A DNA stretch of 63,979 nucleotides, counting the filler, from Cercozoa sp. M6MM (Eukaryota; Protista; Endomyxa: Ascetosporea), in the NCBI GenBank assembly GCA_040357565.1. It is 14 parts of 14 records of this genome, joined end to end, with 100 filler letters (N's around TTAATTAATTAA, not from the genome) between each part and the next. Parts side by side here need not be neighbours in the genome. Positions count along the whole stretch, not along the records: positions 8,579 to 27,503 come from JBDODJ010000222.1; positions 27,604 to 30,747 come from JBDODJ010001591.1; positions 30,848 to 37,304 come from JBDODJ010000733.1; positions 37,405 to 40,173 come from JBDODJ010001700.1; positions 40,274 to 46,484 come from JBDODJ010000769.1; 9 more parts are not named here. One strand, written 5' to 3'. The notes below the pieces were generated by a model. That model searched no databases. It was not told the DNA's origin and saw only the letters and a program-made list of their open reading frames with translations. A program made the translations under genes and the position numbers. Position 1 is the first letter of the stretch; every line of letters begins with the position of its first letter. Of this stretch, positions 26,140 through 44,500 are shown piece after piece.

Positions 26140-27440
26140 AGAACATCACATACGCCGCACAACAAGCAATTTAAAGGAACAGACTTACTGAGCAACTGGC
26201 GGCGTCCAATCGAGCGACTGTCGACGTCAGTGGCGCAAATCTTTTGAACCAGCAGCTGCAGCTGTTGCGACACAGGGCCGCGCATCGACTCTGTGTGGGG
26301 TGAGTTTCTTGCATAGCGACAAAGCACTATTTCAATGCAAACAAAGACAAAGGTACCATGCAGTTCAGAAACAAAGTGACTGCACGCCTGCGAGAGCAGA
26401 GTGTTGAGACACACGTTTGCTGTCGGTTCCGGCAGCGGCATCTCCGGCATATGTCGCCGTCGTTGTTCTTGCCTCTGCTTCACGAGACGCAACGGCGGCG
26501 GAATCTGCATCCAAGTGGTCAATCCAGAGGGGGAGGGAGTAAAGGGCAAGGAAAGTGAAAAAAAGTCTCACAGTCGACCGCGCAAAGCACGCGAATGTCT
26601 CCGCCAAGAAGGGCAACAAACTCGGCGGAGTCGCGGTCACGAACAAGCGTCGCAGCAGCGAACCTGTACATATGGAAAATCTTCTGTTAGTCACAACAAC
26701 AGACTGACACACATACACAAGGACAATACCAAGACTCGGCGCAAGCATGTGCTGCAACTGTTGCACACCATCGTCAAGATTGCACTAAAGAGGCACACAT
26801 AAGCTTGAAAGGCGCTGAAACGAAAGAAGCCTCTCTTACGTGCACTGCTTCGAAGCATGCACGCGCCAGTGCACGCACAACGCCCAGTGCTCCCTTAACC
26901 TTTGAAGAGCAAATTATTAATTTTCATTCAACTCGATCAACTGAACCGAGCTTTGCGAGATATCATACGATTGCGACATTGTCGTGATCGATTGAAAGCC
27001 GAACAAGCTGACTCAGCTGCGCCTTGTCGCGATCTGCTCAGTTTCCACACAAACCCTCTTATCGTGAATGACAGAAACATGCTTCAGGAGTGCTACCATG
27101 CAGCGTGAGCACTTGTTCTGGGTAGGTCGTCAAGATCTCATCGACGGTCTCTGTGGTACCAGTTTGCTGATAAACTTAAATAACGTGAGAGTAGAGGGGA
27201 ACGGACCGTTGAGCATCTTCCAAGCAGACGGCCACAGCATGATTCTTTCAGCCTACAGATGGGAGAACGCCATATTATGAGCCAGGGACACACACATACA
27301 CACACACACACACAACACACACAACACACACACACACACACAACACACACACACATACACAACACAGGTACGTACCAACTGGAACAAAACTGGGAGCATC
27401 TGGAACAAGGCGCTCCTGACGTCAGCGCTAAGATACACAA
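25862..27440 (-). CDS. HEAT/ARM-like helical protein, 3' part (possibly karyopherin-beta type)
   Basis: Amphipathic helical exons DVRSALFQMLPVLFQL, VKGALGVVRALARACFEAVH, GSLLRRLFVTATPPSLLPFLAETFACFAR, VVQETVALVRAIVVAK*. The family assignment is a guess. Confidence 0.4.
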
Positions 27441-27603
27441 CACAAACAAAGATAAAAATAATTCAAAAGTGACAATAGCGCCCAGTACGAATCCAAGTTG
27501 GTCNNNNNNNNNNNNNNNNNNNNNNNNNNNNNNNNNNNNNNNNNNNNTTAATTAATTAANNNNNNNNNNNNNNNNNNNNNNNNNNNNNNNNNNNNNNNNN
27601 NNN

Positions 27604-27648
<45 letters not shown>

Positions 27649-27649
<1 letters not shown>

Positions 27650-28331
27650 GTACCATAATCGCAGGGTCGGCCATGTCGAGCATGTCCTCCGAGACACGTT
27701 GTATGACCTCGCGCGGTTCCATACCTGTGGCAGACAAACAATGCAACGGGTGATGCCTGTTCCTTGTGTCAACAGAACGCACGCGTACCCTCATCGATGA
27801 GTTCGGTGCCAAACTTGAGGCACTCACGTTCGCGACGAACGACCCTGCGCGACGTGGTGTGAGTGGCACGGTACAAGGGCGCCTCCATCGCGAGACCTGC
27901 AGGACACACGGAGTCAGGACACAAGAGGTCCCCGTGATTACTCAGCGCTTCGGTACCAATGAAGAAGGCACGCGCGTGGTCACCGGCAAAGTGTTTGTGT
28001 CGCGTGACCTCGCGTACGACCTCGCCTACAGATACACAGACGTAGGGTACATGTAAAGTACATGTATCTCAGTGATTGTACTGCAGGCATGTCGCATCCT
28101 GACGAGGTGCTCACGCAGCTCCTGTCGCTCTCGCAGTGAGTACTCGTTCTGGAGTTGACGCACACATATACACGGACATGTGACCCACGCACAGGCACGG
28201 TGATCGATCGTACCCGGATGCGCGAGATCACAACTGACAAGGCACGTGTCAGGTGGCGCGCCATTTTAGTCAGCTGCGCAGTCGTTGGGTTTAAAATACA
28301 AGCACAAAATACACCACACTTCAAGGTGTAA
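27649..28331 (+). CDS. Hypothetical protein, 3' fragment
   Basis: Exons VYHNRRVGHVEHVLRDTLYDLARFHT, RTLIDEFGAKLEALTF, VTGKVFVSRDLAYDLAYRYTD, GMSHPDEVLTQLL. Confidence 0.4.
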
Positions 28332-28362
28332 AGTACGCTTTGGGGCTCCAGTCGCAGCGACT

Positions 28363-29990
<1,628 letters not shown>

Positions 29991-30703
29991 GCATGAGGGA
30001 CCGCGCCGACTACAAGACCAGGAATTCAGTATATCAACATCTCCGCGAACACAAACCACGACTAATCTGCGCTGCACATAGACTAAACTCACGGTAGAAC
30101 TCTTCGCATCGTTGCTCACTAATCAACGCGTGCGCAGAGCAACGTGTTCAAGCGATCGTGAAACAATTCGGCTCAGTGAGAGCCAGAAGCCTGCTGCACG
30201 AGCCCAAACCGTTCTCCGCCTCAGGCCTGGACGGCCTTTGTGAGATCTCAATGCAGACCCCCTTCTGTGTGTGATCGGGTGCTGCCATGGGAGGCTGCGT
30301 GTCATCACGCGCTGCGCCTGAAGGGCGCAGCGACCAGGACGCCAAACCGCCGCCTTCGGTAAGCGATTTACGAGGCATGATCGGCAGTCGGTGTGTGCTG
30401 GCAATTTAGTACGTGTAACAACGGCGAGGACAGCTGCTATATCTGAGGTTTTGTGGGTGTTGTGTTGGACAATGGGGCACTGCGTTTGGCCCGTTTCTTT
30501 GGCTCGTATCATTTGCCGGTTTGGGTTGGCCAGCGTGGTTTGGCACGGTTCGTGCCCTCTTGCAGGGGTGTGTGTTCTTTCGCACATGTGACTTTGGTGC
30601 TCTAGGCCACTCCGACGGCGGCAGATCTCAAGGCGCTCGTCGCCATGCAGATGCAGACGCAGGTAGCTTCCTGGTGTGTGTGGGGTGCAGTGTGTTGACA
30701 GTG

Positions 30704-30747
<44 letters not shown>

Positions 30748-31066
30748 NNNNNNNNNNNNNNNNNNNNNNNNNNNNNNNNNNNNNNNNNNNNTTAATTAAT
30801 TAANNNNNNNNNNNNNNNNNNNNNNNNNNNNNNNNNNNNNNNNNNNNCCCCCCCCCCCCGACAGAATTCCACTTGATATACTTGATATACGCTTTTCAGG
30901 AGCCTGCAACCCGCCTACCCCGCCCGGCAAGGGCTCTTGGAAGTGGGCTGTACCACTTGTTTTATTCTCGAGTGACGAGCAGGATTTCTAATACTTTTAA
31001 TTTAAGAAGGGGGGGTAGGGGGGGTAAAGGGTATACATTTACAGGCTAATCACGGTTTGTCTGCAG

Positions 31067-31788
31067 GTTTGCAACGGCGGCACTGGTCTCGCAGGCAGTT
31101 CGTGTCAGTACGTGCCTGATACCGCTCCGCGCATCACGCTGTCGGCCTCGCAGGCCATCCAAACCTACGGAAGCACAGGCATGCATGTGAAGTGCAAGGC
31201 GTGGTTTGTTCCATTCTATACTCACTGTAGCTGGCTTGTCAGGCATGTATCCACTCCATTCTAAATTTCACCCCCAAAAATTAGGTGTGCGTCGCAGTAC
31301 GATCCGTCGGTCGGCGAACAACTTCGCTTCATCGCCCTCAACAATCGCGTATGTATCTGAATCACGTATTCCCGGCAACGGACAAATGCGTGCTCTGTGT
31401 GGACAGAATGACCAGCCTGGTGACGACATGGACTGCTTCTGCCTGACGCAGAGCGAAATGTTTGAGGCATCTCAAGCGGGTAGGACCCAATTTCTCCCCA
31501 GGGCTCTTTTGTTGATTTCATGTTTACTGTTTTGCCACTTCAGGATACACGTGCAGCAACGCGTGTCGCAACCTCCCGGCGAATGTTCCTTGTAACTTCA
31601 GCCACAGTGCTTGACGGATACTTCTGTTCTTTTTGCAGGTATGACTTGATGGGTACACAGGCTGGGACCAAAGTCTCGACTGGTGCTCGTCGCACGATCA
31701 GCTGCTTCTGCCGTGCAGCGGCTACGTTCGCGCCCGCGCTGCTGTCAACGAGTGGGCTGCCAACCTGCAGCACAACATCACGCCTTAG
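31067..31788 (+). CDS. Cys-rich hypothetical protein, 3' part
   Basis: VCNGGTGLAGSSCQY..., DMDCFCLTQ..., GYTCSNACRNLPANVP|CWDQSLDWCSSHDQLLLPCSG...TP*. Confidence 0.45.
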
Positions 31789-32793
31789 ACGGGTTGCGCG
31801 AGCTGCGCTGCTACCGTGCAGCTGTCCCCGTACGCCGTTCCGCCAGGAATCAATGCCCGGCGAATTAGCCGCGGGATAACTACACCAGAGTCCCGTTTGC
31901 ACGACTCGAGCTCCGACTATAGATTAACTGTAAAGTCCAAGTACGTGACACAGTAGCACTTGTTTTCTGCTGTGGTGGCAACTGCGGTACAGTGGGTTTA
32001 CAGTCAGCGGGCCTTTCGACCCTCTGACACAGATCCGAGGAGTACAGTACAGTCCAGCTGGTATTGATACAGTAAGTTAAACTTACAGCACACGTACTTA
32101 ATTTACAATAACTGAACCTGCCTGTGACCGACCAGTAGGTGGGTTAACACCTACTGCGGCAACTACGGTTACCAAAACACACACGCACACTCACACCCTC
32201 ACACACTCACACACACTTACACAATACACATGTTGGGCTACTGCGCTCCCACCGACCACTATTGCACCTCCGTGGTTCGGAAGTGCCTGGGCAGGCCGCT
32301 GGGCAACAACTGTGCTGGAGGTGCAGTACAGTACATGCTACCTTCGTAGGGAGGTAGGGGTATAGGGAGGGGATAAAACTACGGCCGGTGCATTGTTGCC
32401 GCCCAGACCCGCTTGTTCGTGCTGCTGCTGCGCCTGCTGACGATTTTGTTGCACGTTGAAATTCTGCACGTTCAGCGGCACCTTTTTCCTCGTGGCCTCG
32501 CAGCTTACTCTGCCTCTGAATATTGAACTGCACCTGACACACTGAACTGAACTGAACTGAAACTGATTTACTGCGCTGTATGGTATCACACGAGAGTCGG
32601 TGTCACTTTCACAGGTTACTGTGGCGACTCGTCGTGGCGACCGTCGTCCAACTGCCTACGGCAGTGGTGTGTTCGCTTCAGTTACTACTTCTTTGCCCAA
32701 CACGCGCCCGGTCTAGTTTCAAGCGGGACACCTGTTCGTTTTGTACGCTGTTTTGTTGTCGATATAGACATAGAGCTTCGACTCAAACATCAA

Positions 32794-33991
32794 TCACCGG
32801 CGCGTCTTGTCAAAATCCACGATGACAGGACACTGCGTGGGATGGTAGGAACCACTCATGATGGCGCCGTTCGCGTGTAGCAGCTCGCGGCCCTTGTGTC
32901 CAGCTCGGAACTTGCGGACTGCACACACATGCAGCCAACTTTAGCACTCACTACCAGGCCTATTGAATGATCTTATGGTACCGCCATTGTAATCATGGTA
33001 GTGACCGGTCAGCAACGCGCTCACACCGGCATCGGCGGCGGCGTCTGCTCGTGATAGTATGTGATAGTTAACAGTCTGCAGACCGACATAGAGTACTGTA
33101 CCATGTAAACCGTCCCACTCGCCGTGCACCACCAGAACATCGATACCGTCTGTCCTCAGACACAAGACAGAGAGTAACATGATAGGTGCGGATTTAGGGC
33201 AATGCAGCCGAGGTACCATCCTGCAGGTTGACCTGCCGGAGCGCATACTCCAGCCGGCGAAGGTGCGGCTTCTGTCGCTGGAAGGCACTGTTGCGCGAAC
33301 GAGACTGCGGCGACGACGCCATCAGCGTCGTTCGGATACCATCTGCCACCGTCACGAGTTCATATGTAACACTGTAACAGTGTCCTGCTGTCAGAGTACC
33401 GATATCTCGGTAGGGCAGATCGGCATCCTCGCTGGCCAGGCAGACGACATCGTCCAGACACACGGTGAAGTTGCGCGGTTCGTAGTTCTGGGTATACACA
33501 AATATACCATATGCACGTATATACACATATCAGAATCGCATGTACGGTATGAGTGAAGACGTAATCGTGGTTGCCTGGAACAACGTAGACCTCGATGCCT
33601 TGCTGCTTGACACAGCCCAGAAAACTGTCCAGTCGACGCAGCCAGAATCTCTGTGTTGTCGGATTGGAAAGGAAAAACCATGTCTGTCTCATTCTACACC
33701 AACTGGGTCAGAGGCAAGGTGTGTGCACCCGGGAACAACGAGGCGACGCAAACTGCCCCCAGAACGTATCACCGGCCAGGATCAGCACGTCGATTCCAAG
33801 TGTGTCGCGCAGTGCTCCGCGGGTCGCGTTGTCAACCTACAAGGAGGCAGGACAGATAAAGGGGGAAGGGTAAGAAGGCCAGAAGGCAGGCCCACAACGT
33901 TGCTGATGGCAGCGCGCCACTCGCCGTGCACGTCGCTGATGAGGAGCCACCGCGACACTGCAAGAAAGACTCGTGAATTAGTGTATCTCGC

Positions 33992-34051
<60 letters not shown>

Positions 34052-34078
34052 AATACCATTGTCGCCTTTTTCAGGCAT
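32794..34078 (-). CDS. Calcineurin-like metallophosphoesterase
   Basis: All five metal-binding motifs appear in order: LLISDVHG, LILAGDTF, VVPGNHDY, VLVVHG, LLTGHYHD. Both ends are approximate. Confidence 0.88.
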
Positions 34079-34691
34079 GTCAGAAACTGGCACGTTCTTT
34101 GAGTGCGTACTGCTCACAATACCATGCTTATCCACCCTACATTCAACTCGAATACAACAACTGCGTACCGCACTTTCTGCGTGTCAACCTGCACCCTGGT
34201 CACGCCAAATCAGTAGTAGCTGGTACAAAAAGGAAAACCGCAGGTGTCAGCAGTGTCGCTGCAATACCTGGCATAGTGCGTGCGACGGTAGGAGCGGCGC
34301 CGCGTCAGATGCGTGAACAGCCACATGTAGGGAATCACCAAGCATGCTTGAATCCACTTCAACGTCACCGCCAGGCACGTGCGTATCATGTGCGACCTAC
34401 ACAGGCACGGTATATACCTATGCACGCCGGAAACACCAACGAAAACCGACAAGACAAAGGAAACTCTTAAATTACTGTTGGTCCCAGAAATCAATAACTC
34501 GCGTCAAGAAGGGAGTGCTCAAACAGTAGTCTATCGGCTTAATCAATATGAGTTTAGCACATGCACACGTGAATATGCGTAAACAACAGTAATACGGTAG
34601 TCGGGTGTGCTTTGGTCGAAGGCGCGTTCCACGAATGTTCCGTTTCTGAGTTGTTCTCAACGCTATCGTTATATTATATCGTATTGCTACG

Positions 34692-37250
<2,559 letters not shown>

Positions 37251-37404
37251 TGGGGGATCAAGAGGGGTAAACAGAGGGTAAACAGAGGGTAAACAGGGGG
37301 GGGGNNNNNNNNNNNNNNNNNNNNNNNNNNNNNNNNNNNNNNNNNNNNTTAATTAATTAANNNNNNNNNNNNNNNNNNNNNNNNNNNNNNNNNNNNNNNN
37401 NNNN

Positions 37405-37438
<34 letters not shown>

Positions 37439-37444
37439 GAGGGT

Positions 37445-38216
37445 ACATGGCCACGTGCTTGACAGCAAAGAAGAAAGCGTGCTGCGCCAGCACGGCTTCG
37501 TTGTGCGGAATCGCCAGTCGCTTCGTCAGCGCCTTGGTGCTCACCACGGGTGCCATACTGGGGCGGGAGTTTATAGGGGGTACTGGGGTGGGGGGTGACT
37601 ATGTGCAATACCTCGGCGAGTCGAATCGATCAGCCGCACAGAACGACGGTGTCGTCAGATACATCTGATGCCGCACCTGCAGCTGCCGCTGCTCACACCC
37701 ACAAAATAACAAGGGCGAGCGGAGCGAGGGGGGACAACTCGAATCCCCTGTGTACCAAACGACGAATCATTTCGGTCCGTTGCGCCGTGAAATTCTCCAC
37801 ACATCGGAGGAACACTATAGGAGGGGGGGGGGTAAAGGGTAAAGGGCAGGGTGTGTGGGGGGGATAAGGCACCATTGCGAGCCTCGAAGAGTGCCACAGT
37901 GTCGGTGACGAGCGACTCGGCCGTGTGCCGACTCGTCACTGTCTGCGCACTCATCTGCAACGTCGCATTGGTCGCGTGCATCACCGAGAAGAGTGCACGC
38001 GTCAGTCGCGCATCCGTCGGCGCTCGCGTGCGTGCCAGCAGACTGTCGCCTACACCAGGGGGGGGGGGGGTTAGGAAGGTAAGGCTGACGAGTGCACACG
38101 CTGCCTACCCAGCAGGNNNNNNNNNNNNNNNNNNNNNNNNNNNNNNNNNNNNNNNNNNNNNNNNNNNNNNNNNNNNNNNNNNNNNNNNNNNNNNNNNNNN
38201 NNNNNNNNNNNNNNNN

Positions 38217-38263
<47 letters not shown>

Positions 38264-39205
38264 GCAGAACGCACCCGAGATGCCGCGCAGCTTGCGCAGC
38301 AGCACGGGCTCGTCGCTGGCGGCGCCGACGAGCGCCTGCAGCTGCAGCACCTGCAGTCGCAGCGCGCGCGTCTCGGCCAGCGTGCGTCGGAGGCAGAGCT
38401 TGACGGCCTCGCTGCGAGACGGTCGCGGCACCGGCAGCACCGTCATGGCGATCTCGGCCACCTGTCGTGCCGACACACCCGAGCCTGGACCGCCCTGCTG
38501 ACTCCGCACGATACTGATGTGTGCCGGCAGTGCGTCCGCGCTGTCCGTGCCATCGACCGTCCGATCTGTCAACCGATCAGTGCTGCGATCACTGTCGACA
38601 CCGTCATTGCCCAGTGCAAGACTGTCGTTGCCCAGAAACACGTGCGTCAGCGTCATCAACTTCTCGCCCGTCTCGCTGCATCCAGGGCGGGGGTTAAGGG
38701 TAGAAAGGTAGGTAGATGGGGGGGGGGTAAGGACGCACCCCAGCACGGACTGCAGCGACCTGAGCAGCGTCGACGACGCCAGCGAAATCGGCGGCACCGT
38801 CAGTTGGATCGTCATAACCACCAGCACTGCGCAAATTGCACACATTGGCCCTTCGCTCTCTCTCTCTCTCTCTCTCTCTCTTGCCCTCCCTTATCCTATC
38901 CCCTACCCCCTTAAAGAGCAAGATACCACCAAAGAGGTTCTGCTCCATTCGCGATAGCGAGTTCTCCTTGCTGTCGCCCGAGCCTGCATGTGTACAGACA
39001 CACATACTGCATCTTCATACATATAGATATACATTAAGACATAAAGATACAAAGAAATATACATACAAAGATATAAAGCTTTTACATATCAAAGATAGAG
39101 CAGTACCCAGCATGATGATGGGCGCCGTGAAAAGCGCCACCTCGGCAGCGTATCGGTACTTGCCTGCACACAGTCCCACGTGTCCAAAAACCGTCCATAT
39201 GTACC

Positions 39206-39261
<56 letters not shown>

Positions 39262-39985
39262 CAGCATTGGAGGTCACCAGCACGCACAGCATGGACCACA
39301 CGGCCAGTGCGGCCACCTTGGCCGTCTGTACATACCGACAGCGGCACATATGGGTCGTACACATGGACACACAGACACGGAGACACACAGAGAGGTGGCT
39401 ACATCGCTGCGATTGCCGCCCACGAGCAGGATGACGTAGGACACGATCGAGGCCAGCACCGTGCCCTCCAGGCGACGCATCGACGAGTGAAAGGCGCCGC
39501 CTGCACAAATACAGGTACATACGGACCGTCCGTATGAGACAGGTAGTGGTCCAGACAAGACAGGCCGTGTACCAGCGTGGTTGACCTTGCCGACCGGCCA
39601 CACGAAGGCCGCCGTGATGGCCGCACCGCCTGCACCGTGCTCAAACGTGTCGCTGCGGAAAGGGACTTAGGGGTAAGGGTAGGGGTAGTAAGGGTAAGGA
39701 GTAGGGGGTAGGAAGAGTAAGGGGAGGGGCAAAGCTCTACCGCAGCGACTTGACGAAAACGAGCAGCGAAGCCACCACAACGGCCAGGCCATACTGCACA
39801 CACACACACACATCAACAGTTATACTTCCTGTTTACCCCTTTACCGCCCCCCAAGAAACAAGATACACGCGAGCCGTGCAGCCAGTCGCGTTTCGTCGGC
39901 ACGCGTCGGCGGAAGAAGCGAGCCACGCGGTCGGCCAGAGAGCGTCGCGCACTCTTGTACACCGGCAGCGGCGTCTCTCGACTGG
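37445..39985 (-). CDS. FUSC/aromatic-acid-exporter (ALMT-related) integral membrane protein, internal fragment
   Basis: AAITAAFVW|GAFHSSMRRLEGTVLASIVSY...|KYRYAAEVALFTAPIIMLG|..SLSRMEQNLFG|..AVLVVMTIQLTVPP follows the FUSC_2 helix pattern (RxxGT, YA..A.FT, R....G). Confidence 0.65.
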
Positions 39986-40273
39986 GGGGGCACATAGGGG
40001 GGTAAATGGGGGATAAACAGGGGGGTAAATAGGGGGGTAAATGGGGGATAAACAGGGGGGGGGGTAAATAGGGGATAAACAGGGGGGTAAATAGGGGGTA
40101 AATAGGGGGTAAATAGGGAGGTAAATAGGGGATTAAATAGGGAAGCAAGAGGTGGGTAAACAGGGGGGGGGGGNNNNNNNNNNNNNNNNNNNNNNNNNNN
40201 NNNNNNNNNNNNNNNNNTTAATTAATTAANNNNNNNNNNNNNNNNNNNNNNNNNNNNNNNNNNNNNNNNNNNN

Positions 40274-40338
40274 GTGTGCAAGTGTGCAAGTGTGCAAGTG
40301 TGCAAGTGTGCAAGTGTGCAAACTGTGCAAGTGTGCAA
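40274..40338. repeat. (GTGTGCAA)n 8-mer tandem repeat
   Basis: About 8 copies visible at the contig start. Confidence 0.9.
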
Positions 40339-40349
40339 ATTGTGAGCAG

Positions 40350-41099
40350 AAATCGACGCCTTGAACGGACAGATCGATCGCTGGCGAACTGCTCGGCAGA
40401 CACAAGACGAACAGTTCAACGTGCTGGTACGCACTTCCCTGACTACTTCTTTCTCTTTTACTATTCGAATTGTGGTCAGGGAGCCGAACTTGAGGTCTGT
40501 CGTCGCGAGAACCAAGAACTGCGGCAGCAGCTAGCTCTTGGTACTTCAGATCTTCTAGATAAAGAACCTATCATCTGTTTCGACAGGTGTGCCTGCTGGA
40601 GAGCTCCCTGCGCCGGTTCCTGTTCATCCCATTGAACTTCCTCCTGAACTGCCCACTGAACCGTCTACTGAACGGCGTACTGTACTGCCTACTGGACCGC
40701 CTACTGGAACCCCAGCAGGTACACAAACAAGCACACAACACAGAGCACTTCTATCGTTTTCCGTTGTGTAGGCGTCCCAGTAATCGCCCCAACTGGGCCC
40801 CTTAGTGCGCCTAGCGGTGGAGGTGCCTTCATAACTTTACTATCTGTCTGTCTACGACCGGGTGTATAACGCTAGTGTATGTAGGTCCCCCTGGCCCACC
40901 GGCGGTTCCGATAGGTCCAGTCCCGGCCTTCCCCAGTTCGGGAAGTGGCTCCGGCGGTGTCTCGCCTCCTGTCAGCGGGACAGGTGGACTCAGCGCGAGC
41001 TCCATGCCGGGCAAGACTCAGAGCAGCGCGGCGGCCTCGTCTGTCTCGATGATGCTCATCGCTGTCGTTGCTGGCGTCACAGCGTTGGCACAGCTTTGA
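40350..41099 (+). CDS. Probable GPI-anchored surface protein, 3' part (coiled coil + Pro/Gly/Ser stalk)
   Basis: EIDALNGQIDRW...|GAELEVCRRENQELRQQL, then Pro-rich exons, ending SSAAASSVSMMLIAVVAGVTALAQL* (small residues followed by a hydrophobic C-terminus with no cytosolic tail). Confidence 0.65.
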
Positions 41100-41591
41100 G
41101 ACAGGAGACACTGAAGAACTGGAAACTAACCTCGAATGGCAATGGATGCAAGAGACGATAACATTGAAACAACTTGAACGAACTCTCGCTTCCACTTCCA
41201 TCGTTAATTAGATGCACCAAACATTGGACATTGCTTGTATGCCAGAGAAAAGAAGCAGCGCAGTACACATCTTTCGCATAAAGTTATTGTATTAATTTAG
41301 ACCAACTGGCCTGCTTGGACTCATCCGCGCAGCTGAGTTAGTCTGTAACGAACTTACGGCACGGACTTGAATTTTAAAACTATGTTACATAGACATGCGC
41401 AAGTACGGTATTAGTTACCCCCTCACGTCACATCCGGCAGAACCTGCCCATTGGCGTGGCGCGGGCGGCGAAAAGAACACAGGAAACGACAGGGTTCACG
41501 TGCATGTCAAACGTGCCGCGGTGCCATTTCGATGTCGGAATCGCTGAAGGAGTCATCGAAATCCGACGTGTTCTGTGCGTGATGTGGAAAT

Positions 41592-44500
41592 TTACAACCC
41601 CCCCCCCCCCGGTACAGAGGAATGATGAGTGTCAGTTACTCGAGTGACGGACGAACAGTCACGCGAGTGCGTGATTCCGGTGCCGGTGCCAGTGGACTCA
41701 TTGCGCGTACTCTCATGCATCGTGCGCGACCGCATCGTACTCTGTATTGTCATGACAAAGATTAAACCGCATGGTTCACACACTGCATCGAGAAAAAAGA
41801 AACGGAATACCGTTCCTGCTCCCCAGTCAATGCCTCGGTGGACGGCCAGTAGTTTCGGCACGAACACGATGCCCATCGAGGCGCCGACAGCGCCCAGCGT
41901 CGCAAACGCCACTGTCCAAAGTGTGCGTATCACACAGACACAGACACAGACACAGACACAGACACAGACACAAACACAAGTGCAGATGTTCAGCAACGTA
42001 CGCAGTGCGAAACGCTCGTTGATTTGCGAGGCTTCCACAATATAGCCTGCGATAGTGACGAGCACGAAACCGGTCGAGACGAGGTAGATGGAGACGCCCC
42101 TGGTGTGTTGTTAACAGTAGCAAGTGAGGTTCCAAGTCCACTGAAGGAAGCAACATTGTGAAAGATTGTAAGTTTACGTGAGCCTCGAATCATTGAGCGC
42201 CGGAATTTCGACATGTCGCGTCGAGTACGCCAACGAAGCGCCAGCGAGAAGCAGGAGGCCTAGCAAAAATCAGCGGTCAGATACAGCCCAGAACAAAAAT
42301 GCACAGTCAGCTCAAAATTAAAACACCCTTGTATACGAGCAGCAGGATCGGGTAGACACTGTTGGAACAGCGGCATTCGCCGACCATTTCTTTCATCAAC
42401 CGGCTGTCGGGAGTCAGTGACTCCTCCAGCAACGTTAACTCGAACTTCACTGGCTACACAAGCGACAAAAAACAACCTCGAGTACTAAATACTCTTCCAA
42501 CGGAGACACGAGGCATTTGAAACACGGGAGGTACAGCATCCAGTTGCCATGCCGTCAGCAGCACGAGGTCCACGAATACGGCAGCGCCGATCAGCGCTAG
42601 CACCTGCGTCAGCGTGAAGGCCGTGCGCTCCAGCAGTTCGGCACTGCGAAAGATGCGCCTACGCAGATTTTGCACAGTTTACCCACAACTCCAACAAGTT
42701 CAAGAAGCAAAGTACCACACGCGCATGATCTTGGCGAACATACTCGCGTACATAACCGAGAACGCAATAGCTAAACGCACTCATTCAAGTGAAGAATCAA
42801 TGCTCCCCAAACAGAAGCCACTGCTTCTTGCTTACCTGGGAGCCAGACACGCATGGCACAGACCGTGTTCATGGAATCGATCCCGACATAGTGCGTGTCG
42901 ATTCCCCAGACCACGATGGTGAGGATTGCAACGATTGCACCGACCAATCTGACAAACGGTGGAATTCAACTTGCTTTGGACGATTAAAGACAATCCTTAC
43001 GTGACGTTGTTGACTGTGGGTGACGACATTCGAATGATGCGCTTTTCGCGGTACTTTGTGTTGAAGTAAAGCAACGCCAGCAAAACGACAGACATGAGCG
43101 CCACCAGGACAGCCACCAACGCAAACAGACCGACTGACACATGCCGAATGTGGTGAAGCTGCTCGTGATAGGCACTTGGCACCCAGACTCCATTCGCTTC
43201 CACCATATTTCCCTAAACACATCCACGCGGATGTGAACGAATTCTAGAATCGGACAAGTTTCACACACCTGACCACCGGCGCGACCTGAGCCGAAGCCAG
43301 CAGGCCACACGATGTCAGTGTCGTCAAACAGTAGCATGCCTTCGTCCGAGACTTGTGCGACTTCTCGCCACACCGTCTCGCCGTTCACTTTGCTGCACAA
43401 ACAAAGCAAAAAGGGTATGCTGCAAACGAGCAAAACTCGAAATCTACTGTACACGGAGTTGACTAAGCCAAAGCCGCCACCGTCAGCTCGTTCCGCATTG
43501 CCATCGATCTTCACAGTGCCCGAACGGCCCTCGAACTCGAGGCCTGGCAGGCGTTTCAGAACAATCTCGCTAAAGGCAGCACATTGAAAGAGCAAACCGA
43601 AAAGTGACCAGCAACCAACTAAGCTTACCGCTGCACTTTGTAGATTTCGACCGGGTCTTCGGCGCGCACGAGCAGTGCCTGTACGCCATTATATTACAAT
43701 TATACGAGATATTACAAAAATGATTAGAGGCACAAAGAAAAATCTACATCGCGCAATTTGACACAGTCGCCGAAATCTTCAGGCGACATGAGTGGGTGCA
43801 TGGTTTCATTCTTGCAGGTCTGTTACAGTATACCCGCAATTGACCTCCCAACAATGATCGAAATCAAGGGAACTTACACTTTGCAAGTAAGCGAGATGGT
43901 CGAGCGCAAGTGCCGCCTGACAGACAAGTTGTTGCTTTGGTACACCAGAGGAGAAAGATATCGAGTGTACAGCGTGGACGGCATCTGCACCGAGTACGTG
44001 CCAAATCACGCACTCGCTCGGCGGATCATTTTCTGGCTGTGTGCAAGTCAAAACAAACTCAATAAGTGAAAGCAAAGTGGAGAATCAGGAACTGACATTC
44101 GCATCTGGTGAAGGCGGTGCTGCAAAAGCCGCGCGGTGACGCTCGCAAAAATCCGTGCGCAGACTACGCAGCAAAACACTTCTGTTGCAAAAAAAAAACG
44201 GCTATACAGATTTGCCGATTTAAATTACGCGTTGCTTTGAGCAGTCGGTGTGACTGCAAGAAGGCCACTCATGTCGAGCTGTGAGGCAATCGGCTGCGCG
44301 AAGAGTCCGTTCACGCTGATGGAATCAACGCCGATCAGTGTGTCTGCATGGGTCAGTCAGCACACGCATAAATTTACTCTATCCAAACCCGAAAAGCGTT
44401 TCAAGAAACACACAAGGAGCGCCGAGCATGCCTTCCTTCTGCATGGCGAGCATCAGGCGCGGCAGATCGTACTCGTACATGAACGTAATGGTCACCAATG

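Noticed and set aside
32133-32156. 9-bp hairpin cagtaggtg-ggttaa-cacctactg as a terminator
   Set aside because: Eukaryotic context, no U-tract, and plausible by chance in 64 kb.
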